Shown here piece after piece: positions 5,953 through 7,354 of a stretch of 7,354 nucleotides of DNA. Position numbers and translations under genes: made by a program. How positions within the stretch are numbered: the first letter of the stretch is position 1; every line of letters begins with the position of its first letter. Under the pieces are notes generated by a model. The model was not told the origin of the DNA. It did not search any database and saw only the letters and a list, made by a program, of their open reading frames with translations. Location: the IMG/VR virus record IMGVR_UViG_2609459834_000007; one strand, 5' to 3'. The stretch is from a virus (Duplodnaviria; Heunggongvirae; Uroviricota; Caudoviricetes).

Positions 5953-6804
5953 TTATTGCGCGCTTTCGGGGTTGTCGTTTACTGGCTGCCCCTTCTTGGT
6001 TTTACGGCTGCGCGTAACTGATGCGGCTGACTTAACCTTTTTCTCTTCGCGAGTGATGGCAATTTGTTTTTTTACATTTTCAATATCTGCCAGGCGATAT
6101 ATTTTTGCTTGCGGCCAGCGGCCGCAGATGATCGGTTCTATGGAGTCATAAAGGCTAAATTTTGCTTTTTCGAATTCACCGTTGATGATAATTCCATCAC
6201 GGAGAGTTTCATCGCAGATAAACACGCCACACAGTGGCACATGGTAACTAACTGATTTACCATCATTGTAGTTAGGGCTACTGGAAATGTAGTGGACGCG
6301 CAGCATTGTTTCGCTAAAGCCGTGTACGCGCATACGGAATTTTTCATCCTCCGGGTACTGCTTCATTAGCTCTTTTGTTGCTTCCAGGTTCTCTATGTAT
6401 TTCGCACTGTGCTCATTGATCCCCGCGCTTTTTTGGATGCGAATGTCCTTATCAATCAGATGAATAATGCGGCCAGCGGTCATGTTGACGCTGTTCACAG
6501 CTTCTGTCTGATAAGTTGTAACCTTACGCACACCGCGAAGGATGTTAGGCACTGGATATAAAATAGTCTTTGGGATATTGAGGTCTGGGTACTGTTCCAG
6601 TTCCCGCGCCATTAAAGTCCATTTATCAATTTCAGCCTGAATGCTGTCAGTTTCTTTGAACGGTAGAACGACAACCGGGCGTACAGGACGACCGTCGCTG
6701 GCTGTATCAACGTGTTGGGCGCGTGCAACAGCTTTTTTTAGAAAGAGATCCCTGAAGCTGACGAACTCCTGGTACAGTTGTTCGCCGTAGACATAATTTA
6801 TCAT
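5953..6804 (-). CDS. c1: C1 repressor of lysogeny (P1 immC), 283 aa
   Basis: 283-aa ORF MINYVYGEQLYQEFVSFRDLFLKKAVARAQHVD... matches P1 C1 in sequence and length as I recall it. Strong SD GGAGGAGG (reverse complement of 6809-6816) before the ATG at 6804. Confidence 0.95.
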   Translation of the reverse strand: MINYVYGEQLYQEFVSFRDLFLKKAVARAQHVDTASDGRPVRPVVVLPFKETDSIQAEIDKWTLMARELEQYPDLNIPKTILYPVPNILRGVRKVTTYQTEAVNSVNMTAGRIIHLIDKDIRIQKSAGINEHSAKYIENLEATKELMKQYPEDEKFRMRVHGFSETMLRVHYISSSPNYNDGKSVSYHVPLCGVFICDETLRDGIIINGEFEKAKFSLYDSIEPIICGRWPQAKIYRLADIENVKKQIAITREEKKVKSAASVTRSRKTKKGQPVNDNPESAQ

Positions 6805-6819
6805 TGATCCTCCTCCAGA

Positions 6820-6834
6820 ATTGACATGGTCAAT
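6820..6834. repeat. inverted repeat ATTGAC-ATG-GTCAAT just 5' of the c1 ribosome-binding site
   Basis: 6-bp perfect inverted arms around a 3-bp centre, 3 nt beyond the c1 SD (6809-6816) on the c1 leader side. Contains TTGACATGG, which also occurs at 2213-2221. Confidence 0.4.
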
Positions 6835-6898
6835 AACGCCCGGCTGAGAAAACCGGTCATTACTGACCTATATTATAGAGGGATCAAACGAAAATAAT

Positions 6899-6915
6899 AG
6901 ATTTATTAGTGCATT
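6899..6915 (-). promoter_or_regulatory. C1 operator-like site in the coi-c1 intergenic region (Op99-type)
   Basis: + strand AGATTTATTAGTGCATT is the reverse complement orientation of the C1 consensus (AAATTTATTAGAGCAAT), 14/17 matches. It sits at the 3' end of coi, upstream of c1, consistent with C1 autoregulation. Confidence 0.5.
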
Positions 6916-7124
6916 TATTGTGAGTCTAACTGGTTAGTTGCCATGAGATATTCGATTGTGTCAGTGAGGTCATCCAGGTCGTCTTGGGTGATGCGGTACT
7001 CCTGATTGGATATCTTTGAGTAGTGTTCAGCAATGGCGCGGGCTGCGTCGGTTTCGGCAGGGTCTACAGATAAAGCGTTAGAGCAATGTCTAACGTCGTC
7101 GATGGTTGGTTGAATGAAAGCCAT
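6915..7124 (-). CDS. coi: Coi, C1 inactivator, 69 aa
   Basis: 69-aa ORF MAFIQPTIDDVRHCSNALSVDPAETDAARAIAEHYSKISNQEYRITQDDLDDLTDTIEYLMATNQLDSQ immediately upstream of c1 on the same strand; size and position match P1 coi. SD GAGG upstream on the - strand. Confidence 0.9.
   Translation of the reverse strand: MAFIQPTIDDVRHCSNALSVDPAETDAARAIAEHYSKISNQEYRITQDDLDDLTDTIEYLMATNQLDSQ
7071..7087 (-). promoter_or_regulatory. weaker C1 operator-like half-match inside the coi coding region
   Basis: - strand reads ATTGCTCTAACGCTTTA: the conserved ATTGCTCTAA half is exact (10/10), the AT-rich half diverges (12/17 overall). Confidence 0.3.
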
Positions 7125-7203
7125 AATTATGCCTCACTGTATTGACAACACAGAGCCTGAAGCTCTGACCTACTGTTTCACCCATGATCCATGCTGGGGT
7201 AAT

Positions 7204-7354
7204 CTAACAACGTTGCGCTGTGTGTAAGATGAGCAATGCATAGGGAAGGTGCGAACAAGTTCCTGATATGAGATCATCATATTCATCCGGAGCGCATCCC
7301 AGAGGGACATCATGAGCCATCAACTCACCTTCGCCGATAGTGAATTCAGCACTA
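7204..7354 (-). CDS. partial ORF (3' end; start lies beyond the right window edge), possibly an imcB-like immC ORF
   Basis: The - strand frame is open from the window edge to a TAG at 7204-7206 (...SAEFTIGEGELMAHDVPLGCAPDEYDDLISGTCSHLPYALLILHTAQRC*). No domain recognised; the positional guess is from memory of P1 immC (coi preceded by imcB/imcA). Confidence 0.3.
   Translation of the reverse strand, partial: SAEFTIGEGELMAHDVPLGCAPDEYDDLISGTCSHLPYALLILHTAQRC

Noticed and set aside
5936-6347. + strand and off-frame ORFs within c1 (5936..6151, 6064..6255, 6138..6347)
   Set aside because: They are embedded in c1, whose protein matches P1 C1 along its full length.

Overview
This window reads as a P1-type temperate phage / phage-plasmid segment, identified from the protein translations and sequence motifs alone (no database search was run). 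Left to right on the + strand: the phd-doc addiction operon with its palindromic operator, two post-doc ORFs (a 59-aa ORF and a 347-aa Cys/His-rich protein), a C1-operator-like site and the late-gene activator lpa, then pacA carrying the pac site (4 + 3 TGATCA/G hexamers) and the start of pacB. The - strand carries the c1 repressor and coi. The main anomaly is in pacB: its frame keeps the terminase ATPase motifs only to about nt 4560, then gives way, in two other frames, to a tightly coupled small ORF plus a 372-aa ORF6N/KilAC antirepressor-like gene. That pair resembles the P1 immI icd-ant1/ant2 module, but sits without a recognisable c4 antisense-RNA gene, between a truncated pacB and a convergent c1. 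I could not confirm from memory that this differs from reference P1, so it needs alignment. No tRNA, rRNA, CRISPR array or transposase was seen.
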